The notes below the pieces were generated by a model that was not told the DNA's origin, ran no database searches, and saw only the letters and a list, made by a program, of their open reading frames with translations. This document shows positions 24,480 through 38,280 of a DNA stretch of 64,000 nt, piece after piece. The stretch comes from Octopus vulgaris (taxonomy: Eukaryota). Position numbers and translations under genes: made by a program. The stretch's first letter is position 1, and the number at the start of each line of letters is the position of its first letter. The stretch is from the NCBI GenBank assembly GCA_951406725.2, contig OX597828.1, forward strand, positions 75,082,001 through 75,146,000. The letters run 5' to 3'.

Positions 24480-25025
24480 TATAACTTAAATTTTTGTATA
24501 TATATATATATATATATATATTTCATATAATATGCTTATATACATTACATATATATATATATGTTTGTGTATACATATATATACATTTATGTTATCATAT
24601 GTATATATATTTTTATATTTATATATATACATTTATATATATATTTATCTATATATACATATTTATTTATATATATATATTTATTCATATATATATATAC
24701 ATATATATATACATATATATATATACATATAAATATATTTATATGTATATATTTATATGTATATATTTTATATGCATTTATATGTATCATACATACATTT
24801 ACACATTATATACACATGTAAATATATTATATAGATATATTATATCATCATCATTGTATCTATTATATATATGTATATATATCATATGTACATTATATAC
24901 ACGCATATACATATATATATTTAATACATGTATATATATAATATAAAGATGTATATATATTATATACACATTTATATATATATATATATATATAGGTACA
25001 TATGTATGTACACACACACACATAC
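24480..25025. repeat. AT-rich microsatellite tract
   Basis: Direct inspection. Confidence 0.9.
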
Positions 25026-25183
25026 AGATAATTCTGAAAAGACTAATACAGGGGAGAGGTTAATGCCGTTACCTTTTATATTTCTGGTATTATCACGTCT
25101 CGAAATATTCGGTTGTTGGATTAACGAGCCAATCTAATTAGTTCTGGAAATAATGTTTACTGTCTATACAACACTAGTATTAA

Positions 25184-25227
<44 letters not shown>

Positions 25228-25587
25228 ACTGAGAGGGGAGAGAAAGTGGGAGGAGAGAGAGACTTGGATTAGAGGACATTTCTATACAGTTAAGGGATTT
25301 ATGCTAGAATCAATACACGGCTCTGGTATTAATGTTTACAGTCTGTACAAAGAGTAGGATTAATGGTGGCAAAGCGTAGCATAGCTTTCTGTCTATCTAT
25401 CTATCCCTGTGTGCATGTGTGTGTGTGTGTGTGTGTGTATGTGTGCATATGTGTGTGTGTGTGTGTGCATGTGTATATCTATCCATCTATTTATATGTAT
25501 GTATCTATCTATCTGTCCATCTATCTGTCTACCTATCTGCCTGCCTGCTTGCCTGCCTGTCTGTCTATCTGTCTATTTATCTGTCTG

Positions 25588-25621
<34 letters not shown>

Positions 25622-26289
25622 CATCTATCTATCTATCTGTGTATATATGTGTATATATGTAGGTGTGGGCTTGGTTGTCGTGTGAAGAAGTTTGCTTTCC
25701 AACCAAATGGTTTTCAGTTCAATTCCTTACGCATAGAGCCATAAGCCAGCGGCTTCAAATATGGCTCCAAAATGGCCAATGCTTTGTGAGTGAATTCAAT
25801 GGAAGAAAACAGTTGGAAGCTTCAAATGTACACACACACACACCTTACATATATGTGTGTGTGTATCTGTATGTATGCATGTCCCATCATCAGCATCATT
25901 TAATGTCCACTTTCCATGCTGGTATGGGTTGGCAACCTGGAGAGCCACAACCAGGTTCCATATATATATATGTCTTGGCTTGGTTGCCATAACTGAATAT
26001 CTGCTACACACAAAAAATATGACGACAAACTTATTTAATTTCCAATTTTTTCTTATTTTCTAATCCTGGACTTTGAATTTTCAGTATTTGTTAAGATGGA
26101 TATACACACAGAAGCTGGAAATATTTCGTAAAAGTCACTTAATGTAGCAAATACAAAAATTCTTCTCCTGTTCGATTAAAGGAAAAAAAAAAAAAAGGTA
26201 AAAGTCTTTAAATATGCTTCCATGTTGTTTCCACTTTTACTTTTTACTTATAACGTTTGATCTATATGGAATCTTAACCCCTTTTCAAT

Positions 26290-26810
26290 TATGTGTGTGT
26301 GTGTGTGTGTGTGTGTATGGGTGTGTATATAAATATATATGAGTGTGTGTGTGTATGTATAGATATATGTATGCATATATAAATATGTATGTGAGTATAT
26401 AAATATGTGTGTGTGCATGTGTATATAAATGTGTCTGTGTGTGTGTATATATATATATAAGTATATATATGTGTGTGTGTATATATATATATAAGTATAT
26501 ATGTGTGTGTGTGTATAAATATATGTGTGTGTATGTATATTAATATATGTGTGCATGTGTATAAATATATGAGTGTGTGTGTATGTATAAATATATGTGT
26601 GTATGTGTATGTGTAAATATATGTGTGTACGTATATAAATATATATGTGTGTATGTGTGTGTATATAAATATATGTGTGTGTGCGTATGTATATAAATAT
26701 ATATGAGTCTGTGTGTGTATATATGTGTATGTGTGTGTGTGTATATATATATAAACATATATGTATGTGTATATATATAAATATAATATATATGTGCATG
26801 TGTGTTTGTG

Positions 26811-26842
<32 letters not shown>

Positions 26843-26995
26843 TATAAATACATATGTGTGTGTGTTTGTGTATATATAAATATATATGTGTGTGTGTGTG
26901 TATATAAATATGTATATGTGTGTGTATATATATAAATATGTGTGTGTGTGTATATATATGAATATATGTGTGTGTATATAAATGTGTGTGTGTAG
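26290..26995. repeat. (TG)n/(TA)n compound array with a recurrent ataaatatatgtgtg unit
   Basis: Direct inspection. Confidence 0.9.
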
Positions 26996-27887
26996 AAACC
27001 ATGCCAGACTGGAACTTGGTGCCGATCTCCAGCTTACCAATTCTAGTCAACCCGTCCGACTCATGCCAGCATTGAAAGCAGACACTAAATGATGATGATG
27101 CTGATGATCTTATGACAAGTGAAGCTCCTTGAAATGTTTCTTCTGCATCTAGTTATAGACACTCCCTAGTCATAATCACTCTTGATGCCAAAAACACAGT
27201 AAGCCAGTGATAGGTTTATTGCGAGCCGCTGTATAACTACTCTGTTATTGTACACAAATGATGCTGTAAATTCTACCAATAAAGGAAAAATAATGCCAAA
27301 ACCCATGGAGGAGTTCAGAAATGACAAATAGTCTTTGAATAGTTTGGATGTTGTTTACAATTTATTTTTCTTTTCAAATTTTCAGTTCATTGTTAAAACT
27401 AACTAAATCAACAGAACTAAATTAATTTTTACTCCTTAAAACAAAATTTACACTGTTTAGTGACTTTTATTATCTTCCTATTTCCACCAATTACTAATCG
27501 TTCTAACTGCTATCAATCACTTAGCAAATGCCTTGAGACTCATAAAGCTTGCTTTACAGAACTTTTTATGATGTAATTTTCTGAAGCAGCTGTGTGTTGT
27601 TGTTTCAACAACAGCTTTCTAGCCTAAAAACCTGTTACCATATCTTCGTTTTTGTCTTCTGAAAGTAGGGTAATACCCAGGAGGTTGGTAGGTGTTGAAT
27701 TCATAGACTGAGGATTGTAAATCAACAAAGCATTCACCGTTTTCTATCTGAAAATTTCATGAAATTTCATAATTGCTGTGAAACTATATTTCCATATGGT
27801 ACATGTTTACAGCTAAGTGGACTGATCACTTTATATGAATTGTTTATTATTCAGGCTGGTTGTCGTGTTGATAGTCTACTCATTTAA

Positions 27888-28107
27888 CCCTTTCAATACT
27901 AACCCGGCTAAAACCACCTCTGTCTGTTGTACAAATGTCTTGTTTTCAAAAGTTCTGAATTAAAATCTTCCACCAAACCTTAATCACAATTTATGATCCT
28001 AACACTAGCTTAATGATAACGATGTTATTTTACTAAATTCTTCGTCATATTTATAATTAATTGAAAGAAACACAGAGCATCTCAACAGAAATATGTTAAC
28101 GAAGGGG
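27888..28107. mobile_element. piggyBac-type MITE
   Basis: TTAA|ccctttc ... gaagggg|TTAA: TTAA target duplication and CCC...GGG termini. Confidence 0.75.
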
Positions 28108-28377
28108 TTAAGCAACTGCCTGGAGGCTCATTGGTGGTTTAAGGCAGTACAAAGCAAATAAAGGAGAAGCCAGTTGCTGTGATTAATACATAACAATGTG
28201 AACGAAGCTATAGATGTGAAATGGAATAATAATGATTCATAGATCTTGAGTTCAAATCAAGGGTAGTCGTTTCATTCTGCATTGAAGAAGACATTTAATG
28301 CTATGTCAGGGAAGAGGTACAAAATCATCTGGCAGTGTTAGACTTTTGCCTTATATAAGTAAAAATATATCATATTA

Positions 28378-28662
28378 AGTGTGTCTAAGGAGGGTCATTA
28401 CACCAATAGCAAGAATATACACACACTGGTTCAATATCACTTCCTTATTATTAGTCAGGCAGTTAAATGCCTAACCCTTTATCTAATTGTTTGTTTAATG
28501 TGCTGGTTAAACAAACAACTAACCGATTGTTTAACAGCACATTAAATAAATGATCAATTAGTTAATTGGTTAAATATTTAACCAATTGACTACCAATAAA
28601 GAAGTGATGTTAAACCAGTGCATGTGTTGTTATTATTGGCATAATGACCCTTCCAGGACACA
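28378..28662. mobile_element. Degenerate fold-back palindromic element
   Basis: gtgtctaaggagggtcattacaccaata...cactggtt versus aaccagtg...tattggcataatgacccttccaggacac; inner arm tttaatgtgctg/cagcacattaaa. Confidence 0.7.
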
Positions 28663-29084
28663 TGATTTGTTTCAACACACAAACTTACATCAAGAATCTT
28701 GAAAACCAAATACGAAAACGAAATACATCATATTTACTTGCTGATTTAAAACCCTGATGGTATAATCATCGTTAAAACCCCTCTTGGACTAAGAGAGCAT
28801 TTCTACTTGACAAGCTCTTGAGATTTGATATGAAATTACCAAACAAATGAGTGAGTAACACACTTCAATTTTAGAAACTTGTTGGGATCTGAAATATTGA
28901 CAAGACTGGAAGAGGAAGTCCAGTATTATGTGTGTAGTTGTTTAAACCCAAATTAAACCACTGCTCATAGCTTAATGTCCATAATCCATGCTGGTATTGA
29001 TCAAAGGTATTTCAAACATGACTATCATGCCTTTTATTCAGACATTGAAACTAGGAAGACAATATATGAGTTGAGGAAGTCGAC

Positions 29085-29270
29085 AAGGTGGCAGAAATGC
29101 TTTGCGGTATTTCATCTGCCATTACGTTCCGAGTTCAAATTCCGTCGAGGTTGACTTTGCCTTTCATCCTTTCGGGGTTGATAAATTAAGTACCAGTTGC
29201 ATATTGGGGTCAACTAATAAACTGGCTACTTCCTCAAAAATTTTGTGCCTTGTGCCTAGTGTAGAAAAGA
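29085..29270 (+). mobile_element. SINE family B
   Basis: gagttcaaattcc...gcctttcatcctttcggggttgataaattaagtaccag. Confidence 0.85.
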
Positions 29271-29613
29271 ATATATGAGTTGAGGAAGGTTTAACTGTTA
29301 TTTCTAACATATCCAGAGTTGTAAGAATATCATTGACAGTCTTTGAGAAACATTAGTCTAAACCAACTCATAATATATTCCTAGGTTGACGCATCCAATT
29401 TTAAGAATCTCATGTTAGATATTTCCAAAAACTGACTCCAATTTCCAAGAACAAAAATCTCTTCACCATCCTCATCATGGAAACTTAATTTTCAAAAATT
29501 GCAGAATAAAATTGCATTTAAGAGTTTTCTTCTGAAGAGATTGACTGAAAAATAAAGTCATTTTTCAAACACAGCTACCACTACTACTGCTACACAAAAT
29601 AAATAAATACATA

Positions 29614-29667
<54 letters not shown>

Positions 29668-30349
29668 GTAAAAGAAATAATATTATTGGTTAACATTATT
29701 ATTAAAATTATCTATTTGTTCTCTGATGTATGTGTGTGCATACACACCTGAACACACACATTGTTATGCATATATATACATATATATGAATACATACAAA
29801 CGCGCGTGTGTGTGTGTGTGTGTGTATACTTTGCATAAACACACACACATATAAACATGTGTGTGTGCGTACTTTGCACACGCGCACAAACACACGTATT
29901 TGCACATACTGATATGTGTGTATATGCATATAAGCATATATCAGTGTGTATATATATATATATAATACACACACACACACACACATACTTACACACATAC
30001 ATACATACAGAAATTGACATATGTGTTTGTGTGCACGTGTCTGCATCTGTGTTTGTGTGCACGTGTATGCATCTGTGCGCCTTAATTATAAATATTTTAG
30101 TATATTTTTCAAACTCTGTTCAAATGTATTGAATGATTAACATTTAAATATTAAAACCCCCACAAGGCATAATTAACATATGAATAAAGTTTAAAGCATG
30201 TCTATAGTTGGTTATTGTGTTTTGATTAAATAATAATGACGTATCTCGAGACGGATAACCGGTCGCATGAAGAACATATTGGACTGCTAGAATTTCACTT
30301 GGACGGGGGGTTAGAGGGTGACACGCAGAAGCATTCTGCTCTATCTTCT

Positions 30350-30932
30350 CTCTTTTACCCGTTTCAGCCATTAGATTGCGGTCAGACTACGGCCATGCTG
30401 GGGCACTGCCTTGAAGAGTTTTTAGTTGAATGAATCAACCCGAGTACTTTTTTTTCCTTTTTCAAGCCTGGTACTTATTCTATCAGTCTCTTTTGCTGAA
30501 CTGCTAAGTGATAAGGATGCAAACACACCAGCACCAGATGTCAACTAGTGGTGGGGGACAAACACAGACACACACACACATAGAGCCATCTAAGAATCCA
30601 CAAGTCAGAAAATACACACACTCATGTATTTTACCTAGAGAATGAATAGATTAATTGATGTGTACAGTATTATATATCCAATATGGCTGATCTTAGCCCT
30701 GTTACAAAACTGATGGGTAAAATTGGCTGTAATGGATATATATATAATGATGTAGATTTCCATTAGTATTTATGATAGTCTTCTATCAGTTTCTGTCTAC
30801 CAAATCCACTCATAAGGCTTTGGTTGGCCTGAGGTTACAGAAGAAGACACTTGACCAAGGTGCCTTGTAATGAAACTGAACTTGGAACCATGTGGTTGGG
30901 AAGCAAGCTTCTTACCACACAGCTTCTCCTGC
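30350..30932 (-). mobile_element. SINE family A with ~200 bp inserted in its microsatellite
   Basis: Tail 30350-30580, head 30780-30932. Confidence 0.7.
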
Positions 30933-31304
30933 ACCTGTATATTGTTGTTCCACAATATTCCTGAGTACTGTACTTCCTTTCAGATCCAGAACTTGCACTT
31001 GTGTGTATGTATGCCTACATATATCTACACATGCGTACTTAGATATGTTAGAAAAATGCCATAATCTGGAGAAGTAAGGATATTCAAGAAAAGACAAAGT
31101 GAGACCAGCTAACACAAACTTCACCAACATAATTTGTTAGCAGAACAGTGAAAGTATGTGAGAGTTTCCTAAAATGAGATATGTAATAATTATCATGGTG
31201 TATATTTTATTCAAACTGAAATGACGGAAGTGTTGTTTCCCTTTGTCAGAAACCAGACCCCTACCACACAGCCACACCTGTGCCTATAGAGCCACTCCTG
31301 CATG

Positions 31305-31680
31305 TCATAATCATCATTGTTTAACGTCTGCATTCTATGCTAGCATGGGTTGGATGGTTCGACCCGAGTATGGGAAGCCAGGAGGCTACACCAGGCTCCA
31401 GTCTGATCTGGCAGTGTTTCTACAGCTGGATGCCCTTCCTAACACCAACCACTCTGTGAGTGTAGTGGGTGCTTTTTATGTGCCACTGGCACAGGAGCCA
31501 CAGAAGGTCAGAGGAAGCCAATCAATGGCGGCGCTGGCATCAGCCATGTTCGGATGGTGCTTTTTACGTGCCACCGACATGGGTGTCACAACTACAATTT
31601 CCAGTTGATTTTTATTTTGATGTTGATGTACTTGACTCAATAGGTCTCTTCAAGTACAGCAGGCTGCCTTACGATCCAAG
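31305..31680 (-). mobile_element. RTE 3' UTR fragment
   Basis: Reverse complement of the RTE tail with tandem modules. Confidence 0.8.
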
Positions 31681-32004
31681 GGATAAATTTAAAGTTTATT
31701 CCATTAGGAGCATATTAGAATATAAACTAGAAATTGTTCATCCTTAGAATCCCCAAATAGCCGGTATTATTCCAACTCGAGGCTTGGGCATGAAAATCAA
31801 AGATTTACGTAAGGGGACAGTGATTATCTATCACCTGAGGAGATACCACTGGATCCCATTATACAGGTAAAGCGCAGTTTAATTGAAATCCTGTGTATAT
31901 GTGGATCTGTGTGGTACTGAAACATGTGTAGTGTTTATCAAATAGCTGTCTAAATGTACTCCTTCCTGTTGATTGTATTTATTCAATTTTTTTATGCATG
32001 TATG

Positions 32005-32038
<34 letters not shown>

Positions 32039-32614
32039 GACACACACTCATATATATATATGTATGTATGTATGTGTGTGTGTGTGTATGTATCAGGATA
32101 CTCTCTCTCTATTGTCAGAACTTAGTTTTTGATTCACATAAATTCTTTCACATTCTATCTATCTGCTTGTCTGCCTACATCCATCCGTCCATCGATCCAT
32201 CTTTCTACACACACATATTTACATATATATAGACATGCATGCATACACACATACACATGCATACACACATACACAACTATATGTATGATAGTATTAACAA
32301 TGATATCCCAGTATTTCCTCATAGCTACATGAAAACACACAATACTTACACAACACATACATAAATAACTGAATGTGAACCACATATACTCGTTCACATA
32401 AACACACAAACTCACATAGTCACATACACACACACACCCATACCCCTTTCCCATGGGTATCCTTCAATACAGTGTCACAGTCTGCCATAAACTGTTGTGA
32501 AATGAAAACTTCTCCATCCCCACCGAATAAAGGAGTTTAATTGTAAAACAATTAACATCGAAATAACCTCAGAGCTTTCTGGAACATAAATCTAGACGTA
32601 TATTTAAGCATGTG

Positions 32615-33312
32615 ATGGATGCCAGTGCCTCCTGACTGGCACACATGCCGGTGGCACGTAAAAAACACCATTCGAGCATGCCAATGCTATTTAACTGGCT
32701 CCCATGCTGGCGGCACGTAAAAGGCACCCATTACACTCTTGGAGTGGTTGGTGTCAGGAAGGGCATCCAGCATTAGAAACCTTGCCAAATCAGATTGGGG
32801 CCTGGTGCAGCCTCCTGGCTTGCCAGTTCTCAGGTAAACCATCCAACCCATGCCAGCATGGAACACAGACGTTAAACCATGATGATGATGATGATTATGA
32901 TATATATATTATTTTATTCTTTTACTTGTTTCAGTCAGGTGACTGCGACCATGCTGCAGCATCACCTTGAAGGGTTTTAGTTGAACAAATCGACCCCAGG
33001 ATTTATTTCTTGAGCCTAGTACTTATTCTATCGCTCTATTTTGCTGACCCACTAAGTTACGAGGGATGTAAATGCACCAACACCGGTTGTCAAGCGGTGA
33101 TGGGAGGGGAAAACAGACACAAAGACACACAAAGACACACAAAGACACACACATATATGATGGCCTTCTTTCTGTTTCTATCTATCACATCTACTACTAT
33201 AACCTGAGGCTATAATAAAAATCATTTGCCCAATGTGCCATGCAGTGGGACTGAACACAGAACCATGTAGTTGGGAAGCAAGCTTCTTACTACAGAGCCA
33301 CACCTGCGCCTA
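32615..33312. mobile_element. RTE 3' end (+, 32615-32895) abutting SINE family A (-, 32917-33312)
   Basis: Tail-to-tail junction through (GAT)n-(TA)n. Confidence 0.8.
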
Positions 33313-33313
33313 T

Positions 33314-33358
<45 letters not shown>

Positions 33359-33624
33359 TATATAGATATATATCTATGGTTATATACACCCAACACATTC
33401 CTACACATTCAAATATAGACATGCATATACATATGTAAGCATCCAGTTACAGTAATACAAACTGTTAGGAAGTACGTATCAGCATGTTTGAGTGTGTATA
33501 TGGATCCACACACAATATATACATACATGTAACATGTGTATGTGTATAAATACACACATGCATATTAACATATAAGTATATATATATATGTGTGTGTGTG
33601 TATGTCTATACATATGTGTGTATC

Positions 33625-33675
<51 letters not shown>

Positions 33676-34347
33676 AATCACCCATATGCCATAAAATAGA
33701 TTATAGGGAAATATCAATGTGTGTGTGTGTACACATGTATATTCATATACATGTGTATATGCATGCAATACACATGTATATACATGTGTACACACACATA
33801 TACATATTTGTGTACACACACATACACACACACACATATATATATATGTGTGTATGTAAATATATGCACAGCTGTTCACATACGTCTACAATAAAGTTTT
33901 ACATACAATAAATATTTTTTTTTAATTCTTGATATCATTCATCTTTTGTTGCGAAATAAAAGTTGAATAACAATTTGTAAAAACAAAATTCTAAAAAATA
34001 TTTTTGAAAGCATAATTTGTAGCAGGAAAATCTCACGAAAATATCGAATCATAGTTCTGATCTTTTAACACCCAATTCTTAATCTATTTGATATTTTCAA
34101 TAAAATTCCATAATTCCTGAAAACAAATGGAAAAAATGCTAGTTTCTGATATTTTTCCAAACAATCTTCCTGCAATTGGTAAAATCTACCCAAAATTCTT
34201 ACTCTTCTTTGTGGAAAGACAAACAATGTAGGTGTGAATGAAAGTTTTAAATAATACACACTGAAGATTTTTCTTGCAAATATTTAATATAGAGGGCGTT
34301 AGATTATAAATTCACTTGTGTGATGGAAAAAAATGTCTAACTTGCTG

Positions 34348-34556
34348 TACAAGGAGGTGCTGAAAAGTTCCTGGCTTTAAGCGTATAGGCCTGGCTGGAG
34401 ACCCCACCTTCTGAGTTCTTTTACAGGGCTTAGAAGAACTGATGGACCACTGCAAGTAAGTGTGTGAATCTGAGAGGGGAATATGTTGAATAAAGTCATA
34501 ATTAACTGATCCACCTGTATTTTGTTTTACCCAAAACTAGGAACTTTTCAACAAGC

Positions 34557-34562
<6 letters not shown>
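34348..34562. mobile_element. mariner-derived MITE (second copy ~36853-37045)
   Basis: TIRs gctgaaaagttcctggc / ctaggaacttttcaac; homologous internal sequence in both copies. Confidence 0.75.
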
Positions 34563-34594
<32 letters not shown>

Positions 34595-34595
<1 letters not shown>

Positions 34596-34978
34596 TAGCA
34601 GTATCGCCCGGCGTTGCTCAGGTTTGTAAGGGAAATAACTATAAAGCATTTTTAGAGAGTTATAGCCAAAAAATAGCAAAAAAATGGGAAAAAAATGATG
34701 GTAAATTTTTTTTTGAGAGTTAAAAAAGGTGGAGTTGCGTCCCCTAGACGGTCTGTGGTTTGGGTTTCTGATTCTCGACTCCATGTCGAATTTATCGATT
34801 TTTTCAGAACTGGGGGAACTTTTCAAAATTTTCGCTGCGTTAGTTTTGAATTATGACATTGGGCTATGTGTGTGTCAAGTTTCATCAGAATCGGTTGAAA
34901 GCTGTGGTCAGAGTGAGGGTACGAGAAAACAGACACACAGAAAACGCACAGACAAACTGCCGTTTATATAGAGAGAGA
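34595..34978 (-). mobile_element. Non-autonomous Helitron
   Basis: Minus strand 5' TC start, 3' hairpin cctgagcaacgccggg ~10 nt before terminal CTAG; inserted in AT-rich DNA, no TSD. Confidence 0.8.
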
Positions 34979-35088
34979 TATACACACACATGCATACATA
35001 TACACATCTCACATACATGTGTATATGCATGCAATACACATGTATATATATGTACACACACATATAAATATATATGTATATATATATA

Positions 35089-35853
35089 GAGTGTGAGTAC
35101 CTTGAGAGAAAAGCTGGACCTAAGAAGCATCAGTTGTGGGGTGCAAGAGAGACATTTGCGCTAGTATGGTCATGTGGCGAGAATGGATGAAGACAAGTGT
35201 GTGAAAAAGTGCCACACCCTAGTGGTTGAGGGAACCTGTGGAAGAGATAGACCCAGGAAGACCTGGGACGAGGTGGTGAAGCACGACCTTCGAACATTAG
35301 GTCTCACTGAGGCAATTACTAGTGACCAATACCTTTGGAAATATGCTGTACGTGAGAAGACCCGGCAGGGCAAGTGAGACCATAACCCGTGGCCTGTACT
35401 TGGGATGTAGCCAGTCCACTTATGCCTACCTTTCTTCCTTGGGACACAAAACTCTGCTTGCGAAGACCTGTTGAGGCAAGTGAAATCGAAATCGATCAAA
35501 ACATCAATGGAATTGTAGTTGTGATACCAGTACCGGTGGCACATAAAAAGATCCATCCGAACGTGGCTGTTGCCAGCACCGCCTCGACTGGCCTCTGTGC
35601 AGGTGGCATGTAAAAAGCACCAACCAATTGTAGCCGTTGCCAGCCTCCCCTGGCTCCTGTGTCGGTGGCATGTAAAAAGCACCCACTACACTCACGGAGA
35701 GGTTGGCGTTAGGAAGGGCATCCAGCCGTAGAAACACTGCCAGATTAGACTGGGCCTGATGCAGCCTTCTGGCTTCACAGACCCCAGTTGAACTGTTCAA
35801 CCCATGCCAGCATGGAAAACGGACGCTAAATGATGATGATGATGATGATGATG
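35089..35853 (+). mobile_element. 5'-truncated RTE LINE (ORF C-terminus + 3' UTR + (GAT)n tail)
   Basis: R*YGHVARMDEDKCVKKCHTLVVEGTCGRDRPRKTWDEVVKHDL matches RTE 'RWxGHVxR...GxRxRGRPxKxW'. Confidence 0.9.
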
Positions 35854-36224
35854 TATGTACGTTTCCAGAAATTAGTTTAAAAGGATATATTATCTTGGCA
35901 GTTATTGTGTTACATCTTAATTTGGTTTCAGATGCTGGCTAATCACAATGGTCCTTTTGTGATACCCAATCTAACAATAAGTTGCTAGACTCTGGCAACT
36001 TATCTTGCTGGGTAAGCTTGAGTATCCTATTCAGGACTGCGTAACTTCCAAAGGGTAAATAATAGCATTATTAATGGTAAGGAGAATGCATTTGAGTCCA
36101 GTAAAGGATGCTGTAAATTATGGATGTGAAAAATCCCTATTTCCCTTATCCTTATTTATACCCCCCCTCCCACACAAACATGCACACACACACGTGTATG
36201 TTTGTATATGTAAGTATAATATAT

Positions 36225-36812
36225 GCCATGACAGGAGACTGAGACCTTTGGAAATATGCTGTGATTGAGAAGACCCAGCAACTAAAGTGAGATCACAGCC
36301 ATGGCCAATGCCAGTATTGCATGTCTGGCTTACTTAAGAGTACCCTTGATGCATCGGGTGATATGATATGCTCGAGAAGATCTGTTGAGTCAAGTAAAAC
36401 TTAAATCGTAGCTGTGGCCATTGCCCCCTGGCTGGCTCCCATTCTGGTGACACTTAAAAAGCACCATCTGAACATGATCAATGCAAGGGCTGCCTGACTG
36501 GCTCCCATGCTGGTGGCATGTAAAAAGCACCATCCAAATGTGGCTGATGCCAGTGCCCCCTCACTAGCTCCTGTGCTGGTGGCAAATAAAGAGCACTATC
36601 CGAGTGGGATCGATGCCAGGCCCACCTGCCTGGCTCCTGTGCTGGTGGCATGTAAAAAGCACCCACTACACTCTTTGAGTGGTTGGCTTTAGGAAGGGCA
36701 TCCAGCTGTAGAAACATTGCCAGATCAGATTGGGGCCTGGTACAGCTGCTGGCTCTCCAGACCTCAGTCAAACTGTCCAACATGGAGAACTGATATTAAA
36801 CGATGATGGTGA

Positions 36813-36815
<3 letters not shown>
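36225..36815 (+). mobile_element. RTE LINE 3' end, older copy
   Basis: ctttggaaatatgctgtg ORF end, tandem modules, (GAT)n tail. Confidence 0.8.
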
Positions 36816-36854
<39 letters not shown>

Positions 36855-37295
36855 GAGGGGTGTACTGAAAAGTTCCAGACTTTAAGGGCATCGTGAAAGG
36901 CCTAGTTGGAGACCCAACCTTCTGAGTTCTTTTTACAGGACTGCTGCAATAAGTGTGTGGATCTGAGAAGGGGGATATGTTGAATAAAATCATAATTAAC
37001 TGGCCCTCTTGTATTTTCTTTTACCAAAAGCCAGGAACTTTCCAGGTTTGATCAGAGTTGGTAATCCAGAGAGCAGTCTCAGGTTCCAATCATCTGTTTT
37101 GGCTTAGCTTCTACAGCTACATGCCTTTCCTAATGCCAACCACCTTATAGAGTATACTGGATGTCTTTTATGTGTCACTGGTATGGTACCCTTCTATGTG
37201 TCACCGTCATGGATGCCTTTTATGTGCCACCAGCACAAGTGCCTTGTACATGTCACTGACAAGGGTTCCTTTCATATATATATATATATATATAT

Positions 37296-37832
37296 CTATA
37301 TGAGCAAAACGCCCCCCCCCCCCGTCCGATGGACAGTGCTGAATCATATCTGCTGAATAAAGAGCAATCAGTGTTTCCTTTTCATTAAAAAGTAATTAAG
37401 CATGCTTTTATTTCAATAAAATTTTTGGCTGTTTTTTTGGTAAAAAAAACTTCTTGAGAAACCAAATAGTCTTTCCTTCCTTCATGCCAAGTTTGAAGAA
37501 AATCTCTCTTTTGCATCTTACTTTTTTGATCTCTTAGATATACTGCATTTTGTGGCATTATTTCAAGCCAGCCAGCATTTTTTGCGCAAACTGCACATGC
37601 ATTTTTCTTGTGCATGCATAGTATGGATTGCAACAGCTGATGTACTTGTGCATACATATGCACGTTTCCACGGCTTTATCGATTGCATTCTCGCGTGGAA
37701 TCGATTTTTGTAATTTTTTCAAGACTTATACACGTCCTGATACTGTCTGTATCTACATATCAAATTTGAGCGCAATCGGATGGAGGATGCCTGAGATCCT
37801 AGAAGACACACACAGACAGACAGAATGGATTT

Positions 37833-37845
<13 letters not shown>
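37296..37845 (-). mobile_element. Probable non-autonomous Helitron-like element
   Basis: Right end (cagacagacaga...ttttatata) resembles the other Helitron 5' ends; 3' terminus is degenerate. Confidence 0.45.
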
Positions 37846-37874
<29 letters not shown>

Positions 37875-38158
37875 GAGAGCTAGATCTGATAGAAATAACA
37901 GCCACATTTCCCTCAAAACGCAAAGTATTATTAAGAAATATTTGTCAATGTGATCTGAGATACTTTGGTTCTGGAGAAAATATTGGATAGGTACGACTGG
38001 AATATTTCTGTAGGTTTTATCTGAGGTTTTGCCTGCTCAAGTTTTAACTGTCTACACAACAACAACAACAACAGCAATAATGGTAATAGCAACAACAAAA
38101 ACAATAACAACAAGAAGCCAATCAAATGTCGCATCAAGAAGAAGTGTTGGTTACTCAC

Positions 38159-38280
38159 CGTCTAACTTATTAGTACACAAGAAAGATAATCCTGAATCCA
38201 TTGCTTGCCATAATAGTTTGACATTGTTTGGACAATTTGGCCACTCATTTTTGGCACAATGTAGAGCATTCACCGTCACA
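38159..38280 (-). CDS. Internal exon B of the same gene (IVTVNALHCAKNEWPNCPNNVKLLWQAMDSGLSFLCTNKLD)
   Basis: Strong polypyrimidine tract (ttc)n-ttgcag acceptor and consensus G|gtgagt donor; 122 nt; phase 2 in, phase 1 out; open frame. Confidence 0.85.

Noticed and set aside
26100-26167. Strong minus-strand acceptor (poly-T...aacag) giving GEEFLYLLH* after exon B
   Set aside because: Immediate stop and no donor; likely a decoy, though an alternative terminal exon cannot be excluded.
27638-27746. Exon-like segment on minus strand (IENGECFVDLQSSVYEFNTYQPPGYYPTFRRQKRRY) with AG/GT ends
   Set aside because: Open only as phase 0->1, incompatible with the phase-1 intron; weak pyrimidine tract; no partner exons found.
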